DNA from: Camelus ferus | Taxonomy: Eukaryota | Length of the DNA stretch: 64,000 nt | Direction: 5' to 3' | Assembly: GCF_009834535.1 (NCBI RefSeq) | Contig: NC_045696.1 | Coordinates: 30,320,001 to 30,384,000 of the forward strand | The notes under the pieces: generated by a model | Told to the model about the DNA's origin: nothing | Databases searched by the model: none | The model's input: the letters and a program-made list of their open reading frames with translations, nothing else | Made by a program: the position numbers and the translations under genes | Part shown: positions 37,612 through 49,228 of the stretch, piece by piece | Position numbering within the stretch: the first letter of the stretch is position 1 | Layout: each line of letters opens with the position of its first letter

Positions 37612-38485
37612 CAGTAGTTCCCCCTCCTGCTCCCCCGCTTACCTGCAATTTTGTTTTCACAGTGTCAGTCACCCTTGGTCAACCAAGGTCTGAAAATATT
37701 AAATTGAAAATTCTAGAAATAAACAATTCGAAAGATTTAAATTACTTGCCATTCTGAACAGCATGACGCAATCTCAAGCTATGCTGCTCCATCCCACCAA
37801 GAACGTGAATTACCCCTTTGTCCAGGGTGTCCCCCCACCCACCCTTAGTTACTTAGTAGCCACCTTGGTTATCAGATCACCTGTCACAGTATAACAGTGC
37901 TTGTATTCAGGTAACCTTTAATTTACTTAATAATGGCTCCAAAGCCCAAGAGTAGTGGTGCTGGCAATCTGGATATGCTAATAAAAAACAGTAAAGGGCA
38001 TTCTTCAAGTGAAAAGGTGAAAGTTCTCAACTTACTAAGGAAAGAAAAAAATTACATGCTGAGGTCACTAAAATCTACAGTAGGAATGAATCTCCGTGAA
38101 ATTGTGAAGCAGGAAAAAAAATTCCTTCTAGTTTTCCTGTCATACCTCAAACTACAAAAGTTATGACAACAGTGATTTTGTGACAAATGCTTATTTAATT
38201 AAGATAGAAAAAGCTTTAATTTTGTACAATAAAATATTTTGAGAGCGAGAGAGATAGCATCTACATAATTTTTATTATAGTCTATTGTTATAATTGCTGT
38301 ATTTTATTATTAATTATTGTTGTTAATCTCTTACTTTGCTTAATTTGTAAATTAAGCTTTATCATAGACATGCACATACAGTGAAAAAGCATAATATGTA
38401 TGTATAGTGTTCAATACTAACGTTGGGTTCAAGCATCCACTGGGGGTTTTGGAATGTATCCCTGCAGTTTAGGGGGGACTTACTG
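37612..38485 (+). mobile_element. MER44/Tigger7-type TcMar-Tigger non-autonomous element
   Basis: TIRs cagtagttccccc / ggggggacttactg; internal tctgaaaatattaaattgaaaattctagaaataaacaattc. ORF 37933 MAPKPKSSGAGNLDM resembles the transposase N-terminus. Confidence 0.9.
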
Positions 38486-38829
38486 TGTATCCTTTTGTAC
38501 ATTGTAATGTTTACTGTAACATAAGCTATGGATGACAGCTGTCTTGTTTATCCTCATATTTCTATTGCTTTGAATAGATATCTGTTGAATGCATGGTTGA
38601 ATAAGTGATTATTCTCAGCACATCTTGGCTTTGTTCTATCCTTTGTATTTCCCTTACTGCTACTGTAGTCATAGCCTTTCAAGTTATGGCTTACTTTATG
38701 ATCTTCCAAGGTCAAGTAGATCTCTGTATACTTTTATATATATTTTCCTTCCAGAGATGCCTTCTTTTTTTATTCTGCTTCTGTATTATATCCATTCTCA
38801 CAACTTTCAGTATTTTCTATGCATCATTG

Positions 38830-39240
38830 ACTTACAAATTTTGAATTTCAGCCTGTTCACGCCTCCAAGCTCCAGACTTTTGGCCATCCTACTTGCTTGT
38901 TATATCCACTCAGATGTTTCATAGACTTGTCAAATTTACTGTGGCTAAATCAGAATATTTTTCACACAACTACCTACACTGTTTCTCATCTAGTCTTCCT
39001 TATCTCAGGGCTGGTAACTTAGAAGTCCTTTTTCGTGCTTCTTTATTCCTTATCATGTATACCCAAAACATCAGCAGGTCTTGTTGGCTATTTGCCAGTG
39101 TATCTTGAACCTAAGCATGCTTTACTTTTTTTTTTTACTATCACCCACTCTATCTAGGACCATCATCCATCATCTCAATCACCGCTAACACTAACACACC
39201 GCTAACCAATTCACTTCTCATTTTTGTTCTTTCTTCCCTA
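38830..39240 (+). mobile_element. L2 fragment
   Basis: atatccactcagatgtttcatagac...catcagcaggtcttgttggct...ctatcacccactctatctaggaccatcat. Confidence 0.65.
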
Positions 39241-39241
39241 T

Positions 39242-39743
39242 TAATGGAAACCAGAATATGTTACCCCAGAATATGCTTCTTTGACATAAAAACTATTGTG
39301 AGTTGAAAGCAACTAAGTAGCAATAAACACAGACCACCCCACCTTTTCTGCTTAAAGGTAGAAAATACGTTCTTTTACTGGTATAGACTCTTACCGGGTG
39401 AGAGAGGGCAGCAAAGAAACATTCAAACAAACCTTGTTACACTATCACTTACCTTCCAGTTGAATAAGACAAGGACCAACCATCCCTATAGGTACCCATA
39501 ACCCAAACTCCTTTGTCTTATCAATCCTTTACACAATGTATTGTTTTCTTTGTCTTAAAGTATAAGAGCTTCCTGGGCTGGTCACTTCTTTGGGTCATTT
39601 TCTTATGAAGCCTCCCATGTACATGTAAAATTTTAATAAAAGTTTGTATGCTTTTCTCCTATTAATCTGTCTTTGTCAGTTTAATTTTCAGATCCAGCCA
39701 GGGATTCTAAAAAGGTTGAAGAAAATGTTTTTTCTCCCCCACA
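39242..39743 (+). mobile_element. ERV1 solo LTR (MER34-like) with 4-bp TSD CTAT
   Basis: accagaatatgttaccccagaatatgcttctttgacataa start; AATAAA near 39635; ends ...ccccaca; ctat at 39238-39241 and 39744-39747. Confidence 0.88.
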
Positions 39744-39789
39744 CTATAAACTATTTTCTACATAGTAGTCAGAATGTTGTTTCAACTCT

Positions 39790-40240
39790 TAACACTTCAT
39801 ATTTAAAATGTACAATTTGATATTTTAACATGAAATCATCCATGAAGCTGTTACCACAATCAAGACCACAAACCTATCCATTAGCCCCAAGTTCCAACTG
39901 TAATTTCCTTTTCCTGTTCTGCCCCACAACCCTTCTTGCTCTACCCTCTGAGTCAACTACTGATCTGCTTTCTGTCTCTAAGGATTATAAAGTAAATCAT
40001 AAATAGAATAATAAGTTGGATTATTATAAACTCTCTTCTGACTTCTTTCACACACAACGTAATTACTTTGAAATTTCTTCATGTTGGTGTATAGATCAGT
40101 AGTTGAGGATTTTTTAAGGAGTTTAAAATCACTTTTCTGTTGAAAGACTTTTGTTGTTTTCTTGTTTGCTTTGGATATTTTCTGTGTTTTATGGTTGCCA
40201 GATTTGTTTGAACACACACTGTCTATAGATTTTCCCATAA
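39790..40240 (-). mobile_element. Old L1M 3' fragment
   Basis: accacaatcaag...aactactgatctgctttctgtctcta...ttcttcatgttggtgtatagatcagtagtt. Confidence 0.7.
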
Positions 40241-40242
40241 GC

Positions 40243-40623
40243 TGTATTTTTTTCGTATTGCTACTATAACACATTAACACAAGTGCAGTGGCTAAAAGCA
40301 CATTTTTTTGTCTCTTACTGTTTTAGAGGTCAGAAGTCTAAAATGGATCTGCAGGGCTATATTCCTTTTGGAGCCTGTAGAAGGGAATATGTTTCCTTGC
40401 CTTTCTAGGTCCTAGAAACCCCCTGTATTCTTTAACTCACAGCCCCTTCCCCCATCTTCAAAGGGAGCAATGTAACATCTTCTCTCCTTCTGAATTTTCA
40501 TTCCATTCTTACATCTCTCTCTTTCTCTCTGACTCACAGCTCTAAAATCCCTTTTGCCATGTAACTTAAAATATCCAAAGATTCAGGAATTAGAATTTTG
40601 TAGGCCATTATTCAGCCTAATAC
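40243..40623 (-). mobile_element. MaLR solo LTR (MLT1A-C-like)
   Basis: tgtatt...attgctactataac...ggtcagaagtctaaaat...gtttccttgcctttctag...ggccattattcagcctaatac. Confidence 0.8.
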
Positions 40624-40629
40624 GTGAGC

Positions 40630-42620
40630 CCTTTAGAGTTAAGATAAAATTAAAATGCATTTGTCCAGGTTTCCTTATGGCTAGAGTGTAGGCATTTATT
40701 CTAAGTTTCACCATTCAGAATCATTTATGCAACATTACAATTTTGAAAGAGAAACAGAAGAACATCGGAGTAAATGTATCTTTTGTTGCACATGAAAGAC
40801 ATCCTTTCTAAATCTTCACATGTAACAGTGGTGTAACTTCTAGATCCCAGTCCTGAAGAGCCTGAGGTAGCACTTCCTTATTTATAGAAATTGAACTGCT
40901 GGTGTTGAAAGGTGGTAGCAGTAAATTTTTTGTTAGAGTAAATCCATATGTTATGCTTTGGCATTTTTTCCTAGGGAGCTCTTTGTTCTACAGAGTTATT
41001 CTATAAGCTGTCTAGAAACATAATTCATTATTTCCCTGAGTAAATTACTAATAAATTAGTAATACTGACTTTTTCAGCTAAAACCTCTTACTGATACGGA
41101 AATTTGTACTTAAAGTGGTTTTCTAATAAAAGATCCTAAACAAAATGGGGATATCGAATTGATTATTAGGCCTGTATCGGTCCAAGGACAGTGAAATGCT
41201 GGCCTCAGTGAAAGAACTGGACTCTTGTCAGCCCATGGGATGAAGGGGCACAACAGTTCATTAAGGTATTTCCTAGTGTATCTAGAAAGAAGTGTCCATT
41301 GAATGAAAAGCTTTGACAGCAGTATGATTAGCATGAGGAATATAAAGATGTGGAGCTGTGTGTCTGATTTAAATATTGAGAATGATGACCTCATAATCCA
41401 TAATCTTAGGCAAAGGAACTGTTGGAGAAGAGAGAATTTCTACCATGAGTTTCAAAGAATCTCAGCTGAAACTGAGAAAGTGAGATGGTCAAAAATCAAC
41501 CTGAAAATGTTCTGTGTTTTGTTTTTAATTAGAATGTGATTTGAATTCACATCATCACCAAATCTCATATGTGGAAGAGAAGACAGTAATAGGAAAAGAG
41601 TGGGGATCTCTGATTCATAATGGGAATATGGGAGTTTACCCAGCAGCTTTGAGCCCCTAAATTTCCTTGATTCTCCCTGGCCAATAAAAGCAATGCCTCT
41701 TTCCTTGGCCATCAATGTCCCTGTCCTGACATCCCACAATATAGTTACTCTGCTTAGGAAGCCACTCCTCACTTCTTAGCCAAATGCCTATATTAACCTC
41801 ATAACTAGAAATAATTGCCTACATGACCCAAGAGGCCAATTACCAAGTCAAATTTTGGAGGAAAAAAGCTTACACATACAAAGAATGATGAGATTTTACA
41901 ACATACATACAGAAAATATGTACCTATGGATGGATTCTAAAGACCAGAGAAAAAGTAATTTAATTCTTGTATTATTATTATTATTATTTGGTGGGGGGAA
42001 ATAATTAGGTTTATTTCATTTATTTTTAGAGGAGGTACTAGGGATTGAATCCGGAACCTCAGGCATGCTAAGCATGCCCTCTACCGCTAGAGCTATACCC
42101 TCCCCCTAAGTAATTTAATTTTGACTCAGGCTAAATTTATCCATATAAGTACATGTACCAAGTACTCTAGAGCCAGTGTGTAAACTTAAGCAACTGCAAC
42201 TCTTAGTATTTCTTTTTTTTCTTTTTCTTTCTTTTCCTCAGTTCAGTATATTGAATTAAGCATAGACTCTTTGGTGACCTAGGAAAAGCAAAAGTGGTAC
42301 ATCTGATATTTTGTGATATAATGTAGATGAAGGAATGCTAAGATCTAATAAGCCAGGAATATTGAATGGATTTATTTTATGCAATCTGTCCAACCACTCA
42401 CTGACCCTAACTCTATTCCCAGTGGGGGCTCAGATGACTCTTTATTAAGGTATTAAGAAAGATTTCATTGGAGTAAGGACCAACATCTCTGAAAACTATA
42501 ATGTTTATTCAGTAGGCTAGGAAAGCTAATGTGAGACTTTGTCACTGAAAGGACTCTCAGTGTGGCAGGAACCACATTGCCACAGCCATAAAGCAAAGCA
42601 ATCTTTATGTGGTTCTATAG
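40630..42620 (+). mobile_element. Very old ERVL-like LTR plus internal (gag-region) remnant
   Basis: LTR33-like start (gcatttgtccaggtttccttatggctagag) followed by ERVL-int-like segments (tatggatggattctaaag, caggctaaatttatccatat). Highly diverged. Confidence 0.45.
41966..42107 (-). mobile_element. tRNA-derived SINE, camelid Vic-1 type, with 13-bp TSD
   Basis: Minus strand gggggagggtatagctctagcggtagag...cttagcatg...ggattcaatccctagtacctcc has A and B boxes, then aaacctaattatttcccccc and a (TAA)n tail. TSD aagtaatttaatt at 41953-41965 and 42108-42120. Confidence 0.92.
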
Positions 42621-43089
42621 TAGTTAGCAAAGATGCAATGTTAGTAGACACAATTTTTTCTCCCATTTTTGTATCTGAAATTTTAACATCACTAACTCTA
42701 TGCTAAATGTAAGAAGTATTAGACCAGTGCTTCAGAAAAGAGTATTTGTACTCTCTGCCCTTTTATTGTCTATATTCTAAGACAAGAAATTCAAACAGAC
42801 ATTGTAATTAACCAAATCTGTTGCATTAAAATAATTACCGTACATCATAGTAATGCATGTATTTCTTTACTCTAGCATTGATCTGTGTATTCTTAATAAA
42901 ACATCATCACATTAGTGGGAATATAATTTTCATCAAAATGTGATGTATATCACACACTACCAATCTGTCTTTGTCCTTAAATAACACTTACTATCATTTT
43001 GGGAGGGATGGTAAATGGAAATATATAGATTGAAAAAAGATTTCTAAGACATAGGCACCACGTGTGAAGGTGAAAGGGCAGTATTTTCA

Positions 43090-43520
43090 GGTTGAGAATA
43101 ATAAGAACGTGCCTGAGATGAGTTTATTTTGGGAAATAATACCAGGAGAAAAGAGAGTGGGAGAGCATGGAGAACGAAGGGTGCAGGCAGGGAAAACCAG
43201 AGATCTGTGAAAGAGCGGGTCACTGCTGAGGTCGCTGAGTTCATTGCCAACCAGGCCTTCCAAAGAGACTTGGCATGAACCTCAAAACTGTCTGCACGAG
43301 GAACAGAAGTTGTATCTATAAATTTCTATCCCTTGTCACTCGGGGGCTGCTTATGGGTGTTAACCCCCTTACACTGCAGAAGGGCTGAGCTGGTTGCCCT
43401 AGGCACCCGAGAGTACCATTTTCCAAGAAAGATGTTGGTCTCTGCTCGTCTTAGTTTAGACTTCCCAGCATTTGGATCCTCCTGACTAAGTGCCTTAGGG
43501 TGGTGGTCTGGGAGCAAAGG
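43090..43520 (-). mobile_element. Old ERVL-type LTR fragment
   Basis: cctgagatgagtttattttgggaaataataccagg... has an antisense LTR R/U5-like layout and is GC-richer than its flanks. Confidence 0.45.
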
Positions 43521-44258
43521 GCACTGATTTCTGTCTTTGCTTCAGTCTCAGGAACGCGCTGAAAATTATGCAATATTCATTCAGCCGATTTTTCTTGAGT
43601 GAAAAATTAATCTAGATGCCATTAGAGTAAAATATACTTAGAAAGGCATTTCAGTTTGAATATAAAACTGGTAATTAGAGAACTTTGCATATAAAAAAGA
43701 AAACTCTTCACCTGAAATAACCCACTGCCTGCTGTTCATTTGCATATCCGCACTTTAACAGATTCAGGCAGTCAGAATATGTTAATAGCTGCACCCATTT
43801 CATATCCTAATACAGGAAATCCAAGCGCTCGATGATAGGCATATATGTGCTTTGCAGAGAAGCTCTAAAATTATTTGGCAGAGGAAAAAATATTTCTTGC
43901 AGCTCTGCACAAGTTCTCAGAAAGCCCTTTCAGGAGCTCCAGTAAGCAGTCCATTTTAAACTGCAGAAATGGCATCTTTCTACCATAAGCACTATGTAAT
44001 CTGAATTTTAATCACCTCCTTTTCTTACCATGTCTAATCCTTCTCTATCTATTTCTATTCTCAAACAGCCAATCCTTTTAGCGCTACCTTATAAAGAAAT
44101 CTGTTACATAAGTTCTGTTCTGATAGAGAAGAGAAATTCCATGGCAGCTAATGAAATGTTCTTGGTTCAAACTGGGACATAGAAATATAAAACTTAGTTA
44201 AATAACCTCATATGACTCTCTGTTATTTTACTAAATCTCTATTTCATCTCATGCTTTG

Positions 44259-44282
44259 GAGTACTTAGGTACCTAAGTACTC
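44259..44282. repeat. Perfect 24-bp palindrome
   Basis: gagtacttaggtacctaagtactc equals its own reverse complement. Confidence 0.98.
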
Positions 44283-44289
44283 AAGGCAT

Positions 44290-44415
44290 TGTTCAGAATG
44301 AAAGTCTCTATCACCTACACCTGGAAACAAATTTAATCAGTCCAGATGTGGTCTGTAGTTCAGTGCTTTTAACAGTCACATAGGTGATTCTTATCCCACT
44401 TTGAGAAATTTTACT
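44290..44415. mobile_element. MER5-like hAT fragment
   Basis: atttaatcagtccagatgtggtctg...ttttaacagtcacataggtgattctta...tttgagaaa. Confidence 0.5.
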
Positions 44416-47400
44416 TCAGACTGTTTGTGGAAAAACACATGGCTTGTACAGCATATGTCAATGATACACAGGAGTTATTAACACATATCTATATAATGAA
44501 CTCTAAATCAGATATTCTCATACATTCCAATGTATGCCTTCTCCGCAGGTCCCAAACATACATAGCCAACCTGAGAACATGGTAATGGCAGTTGTAAATT
44601 GGAACATTGTATCTCAACTATAAAGTGTTAGCAGAAGCTGCCAAATGCTTAACACCTGCATGGTTATTTGGGGCAGTAGTATATGATGAAGTCAGTGAAT
44701 GAAATTTCTCATTGGACCCGAGGGAAATAATGTCAATTAGTTAAGATCAGCTTTATAGACCACTTGGAGATAATTATACCATAGTGTGAAAACTTAGTGC
44801 ATGCTTCCACATTATGTAGTATTTTACATATAATTAATCCCAAGTCTGTTTTGTGTTCCCTGTTTTATTCACTTATTAATTTTTGCATCTGCAGCTCCTA
44901 GACCTAGAAAGTACTCAGTCTGTGTCAGCAGTCGAATTGATGCTTGTTCCTAAGTATATTTTTGGAAACTACAATATATGCCTGATGTACTCAGAACCAA
45001 ATGGTATCTCTCTCTACTTTACTTCCTTTTAGTGTCTGTCATAACCATTTGTATTAGAAGCCATTTTTGATGGGGCTAGTGGCAGCGTTTCAAACTGAAG
45101 AGCCCTGCTCAGTGAGATAGTTTCAACACCTCATTCATTGAATGATATTTTGGAAAACTTCCCTGTTCTACCTTGAAAACAGGTGGGACTTGGAAAAGAT
45201 GTGTCTGTCAACAGGGCTCTGTTACTACTTCAGTTTCTGTCAAGTAGTCCACTGGCAAATTTACTTTCCCTTCTGAGTTAGTCAAGATCCAAGCATCCAG
45301 CTCTTGGCTGATGAACTGCTCACTGTCAGTGTGAGCAGCAGTCCGGACAGAACACACACACATTAGCTGCCTACCCTGTGAGGAAGCGCATTGCAACTAT
45401 TCTGTATAAGAGGAATAATTAGTGGAGATCATTTGAAAGGGTCAAACTGGGTCCATTGAAACTAGAAAGAACTTCCCCTTGTGTTCGAATCCCTAGTTTC
45501 ATGTCAAGTTCACGTCTTTTAAAAAACGTTTCACCTTTGCCCTGTTGAATTTGGTTTGATGATTTTCAGAAACAAACCTGGCACATAACAGCCAGTATGC
45601 CAAATACACAGAAATCACTATTAGACTGAAGCAGTAGGATTCAGATGGTTATATGGGCTACATTTTACTTATCAGCCTTAAAATAAAATACTCATGTGAC
45701 AAGAAAGTTTCCAAATAAAGGGTATTTCATTCTTTAGTATTCCATTGTATTCATATCAGTTTAATTAAAACACATTTGTTATTGTTTTCATCGTATCTGT
45801 CTATTAACAATAAAATTTAAAATATGTTTTATATTGATAGCCTGAAAAATAATTAGAAGTGCCACCTGGGAGACTGTTTTATAGTTGCTTTTTAAAAATA
45901 TTTTAATTTATCTTTTTGATCTACTCTTTTTGCTCCTTGTTTCCCACTCATTGTAAATTTATTTTATTGTATACATTAAATGAAGATGAAACTAGATTAA
46001 AAATAAGAACCTATTGTAGATATGGACTTCTTCCCATTTTGCTTTCCTAAAAAGGCAGTATTTAACAGGCTATACTGGATTCACTTTTGAGAAAGCTCAT
46101 CAAAAAATGTCTTTTTTGTTTAGTATCAAGTCAGTTTCTAAATATATACTGACAAATTTAGAAAACTATTATAAAAATAGAAGCAATAAAATTATATGTT
46201 TCCAAAAGCGATTTATAGAATCCTTTACTTTGTCACAGTGAAACCACTGGCTTTTTACATTTATACTTTATGTAATTTAAAGTAACTGTAATAATGTAAT
46301 AATGTTGATTTGCCATAAGGTCTACCTGTTACAGTTTTCAATAACTTCTAGACAAATGGTCAAATCTTATAAAATTATTTTTCAGCTTCAGTTCAAATTA
46401 ATTGAAAGAATTGCCCTGAAATACTCCAACATGATAAGTTAGAATAAAGTAGAAAAGGAAATAAAATATTTAAAAGAAGACTTCTATTTAAATTGATATT
46501 AAGAAATAATATCATTTTTCCAGTCAACACTTTCATAATGCAGAGATATAAAAGAAGCTTCTTATCTGTAAGGAGGCAGATGCTCCTGAATTAATTTTTG
46601 TATATCACTGGGAATTTAGTCTTCAGGTAAAATAAAACTTATCATACATGGTATAAGGCAGAAATATTACAAAGAACTCCTATGTGATTTATTGGGCTCA
46701 TAAGAAAAGAACTGAAAAAGGCAGGAATCATTCTCTTAATTAAGTATTCTTGTTGATGAGTTATTTTTGTTCTACCAAAGATGTCAATTTCTCCATTTTT
46801 AATCATCTTTTAATAAATTACATTTAAGTAAAAATTAAACGATTTAGAAAATAAGTGAAAAGGCTTAGGAAAATTAATACCTATTGAATAAAATATCACA
46901 TAACATACGAGGACTACTCACATTAGAAACTATTCTACAAACTGATTCTAATATGCTCAGCATTGTCCTAGAACCTACGTAGCATTCCCTACTCAGTAAT
47001 GTATAACCTAGTGGGAGGGACAGGATAAGAAGATTAAAAACACATTAAAATTGTGTATTCAAGTACCTTTATTTCGGATACAGGGCAACACTGTGTTAAT
47101 GTACTGTACTACTATATATTAGTGTGCAGCTATTTAGTGAAAGGTAAGACCTTTAAGTAAAAGGCAGCTCAGTGAAGAGTAGGGGTGCTAAGCAGTGGCT
47201 TCATGAAGGAAATGGGCTCTGCAGGATGGTTAGGATTGGAATTAAGAGAAGAAGCAAGGGCATCTCAGAGACAGAGTTTAAGTACGTGAAAAAAAAACTT
47301 AACGTGATTGTAGGGATAAGCAAACTGATATGACCACATGTTTATAACTTGTTTCTGTATTCTAAGGCTTCTTTCACACATAAAATGAAGTAATCTGGGA

Positions 47401-48646
47401 AGAGAACTATAAATATAGATTCTGAGACTTGAGAAAACAAAAATGCTTTTGCACAAAGTATTTCAGAAATGACAGGGTGATTTCTTTCACTTTGCTTCAT
47501 GAAACATTGGTCTGTAATGAGGCTTGGAATCTTGCAAAATTTGTTATAAGAATTCCTATGATTAGTATAAGAAGGCACCAATGATATGAAATTGCTGTCA
47601 TCTTTACCCTCTGAATGTACAACCCAGTTTTCAATGTCCCTTCCTTATACCCAAAGACAGAATTAAAAGACAAAAGCATAAAAATTAAAAGTAGAATTTT
47701 CTCTTTCCCTCTTCCAAATAATTTTTATCTAGCAGAGTATATTCTTAATCTTCCAAATTTAAAGATATTCCTACCTCCATATATTAGCATTGTAAGTGAA
47801 ATACAATACTCTTATTTTACATAGATAATTTTCTTCCTCTTACTTGCATTATGCCCATAATTTGTTCTATTTTTTCCTATTTCAAAGTATAAAAAAAAGT
47901 TATTTTTCTCCAAATGGTATTTTATGGTATGGAGAGTTCAGAAATATTGAGAATCAAAAAATAGAAGAGTAGTAAATGAAGGAAAAAAGTAAGAAAAATG
48001 TACCTGGGTTTTTTTCCTTGCCGTTCATTTTAATAAGAAGCCAGAGCCATTTACTGTAGCAAACAGGCAATTCTTAAACATAGCAATCAAAATTAGAGTA
48101 ATTTGAGAAACAGTTAATAACAAGAGAGAGCCAAAGAGGAGTGAAAAAGATACACAGAGGAATTTTCATTGAAATAATCTTGTTTTATATTCTTCTAATG
48201 CTTAGGTTAAACATGTACGAATTTTGTCTGCTTTGTTCAGATACACAATTTTCTAAAATTGCAACAGAGAAATATTCATCATTAAAAAATATTTGTTAGC
48301 AACTACTCTGTTTAACCACTTGACAAAAGGAAAAGAAAATTTCCCATATTTCTAGAACTGAAAGAAATAGAAGAGATTACCTGGTCAATCTTAAATTATA
48401 GATGAAGAAAATCTTAAATTACAGATAAAGAAAATGAAGCCTAGATAGAGTTTGTAATTTTTTCCAATTTTTTTACACACATATAATGCAAAACTTAAAA
48501 TTAAAAAAAAATATTATAACTATACCCTGTATATCTATATTGATAGATAGATATATCCTCTACCTATCTGTCTATTCTAATATTCTTTCTAAAATATCCA
48601 AACTTACTTTTTATCCAAAGTGATGTAGCTAATATTATACATAATA

Positions 48647-48647
<1 letters not shown>

Positions 48648-48684
<37 letters not shown>

Positions 48685-48810
48685 CCACACAGACAGAAGA
48701 TTTAAAAGATTTAGAAGAATTAGAGGAAGGAGGAGGGAGAAAAGGAGGAGGAGGAGGAAGAGGTGCAGAGGAGGGCTGGACAAAAGGAAGGAAGGAAAGA
48801 AGGAAAAAAA
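48648..48810. repeat. (CA)n microsatellite followed by a GA-rich low-complexity tract
   Basis: Read directly from the sequence. Confidence 0.95.
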
Positions 48811-48989
48811 TAAAGTTAAAAAAATCCTTAAAGTTCTCTAAGGAAATATGAGAGACTGTCTACTACGTTTCCATAGTGTGAATAATTTCTTGAAATCTCA
48901 TGTCCAGTGAAAAATTTTAATATAGAGAAGGATGAGGAGGGAACAATTCTTCATTGTATTTCTACCTATCTTGTGACAACTTCTGTCCC

Positions 48990-49228
48990 AGAATATCTTT
49001 TTACAGCTGTTTATATAGCATCCATCTGGTTTTCTCTGAATAACCCTTATGGGACTTAGCAGGTAAGGGGGACCAATGCAAACGTAAAACTCATACCCTT
49101 TGTTGTGCCATAGGTAATAAAGTCTTTTGCCTCTGACCCAGAAATCTCAGGTCCTCTGCCATCATCTGTGACACTGTGGCAAGGTAACTTATTAGTTTGC
49201 AAGCATGGTCAAGTCTCAGTTTCTGACT
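48990..49228 (+). mobile_element. 3' part of an old ERV1 LTR (MER90-like)
   Basis: aataaagtcttttgcctctgacccagaaatctc...ctgtggcaaggtaacttattagtttgcaag. Confidence 0.65.

Noticed and set aside
37933..38166. ORF MAPKPKSSGAGNLDM...
   Set aside because: Frameshifted transposase N-terminus inside a non-autonomous Tigger element.
42030..42107. tRNA-like sequence
   Set aside because: It has a SINE body, tail and TSD and a degenerate cloverleaf, so it is not a tRNA gene.
33235..48435. Small tandem duplications (20 bp at ~33235, 23 bp at 48387; also ~2351 and ~14423)
   Set aside because: Ordinary slippage products with no repeat-spacer architecture; not CRISPR-like.
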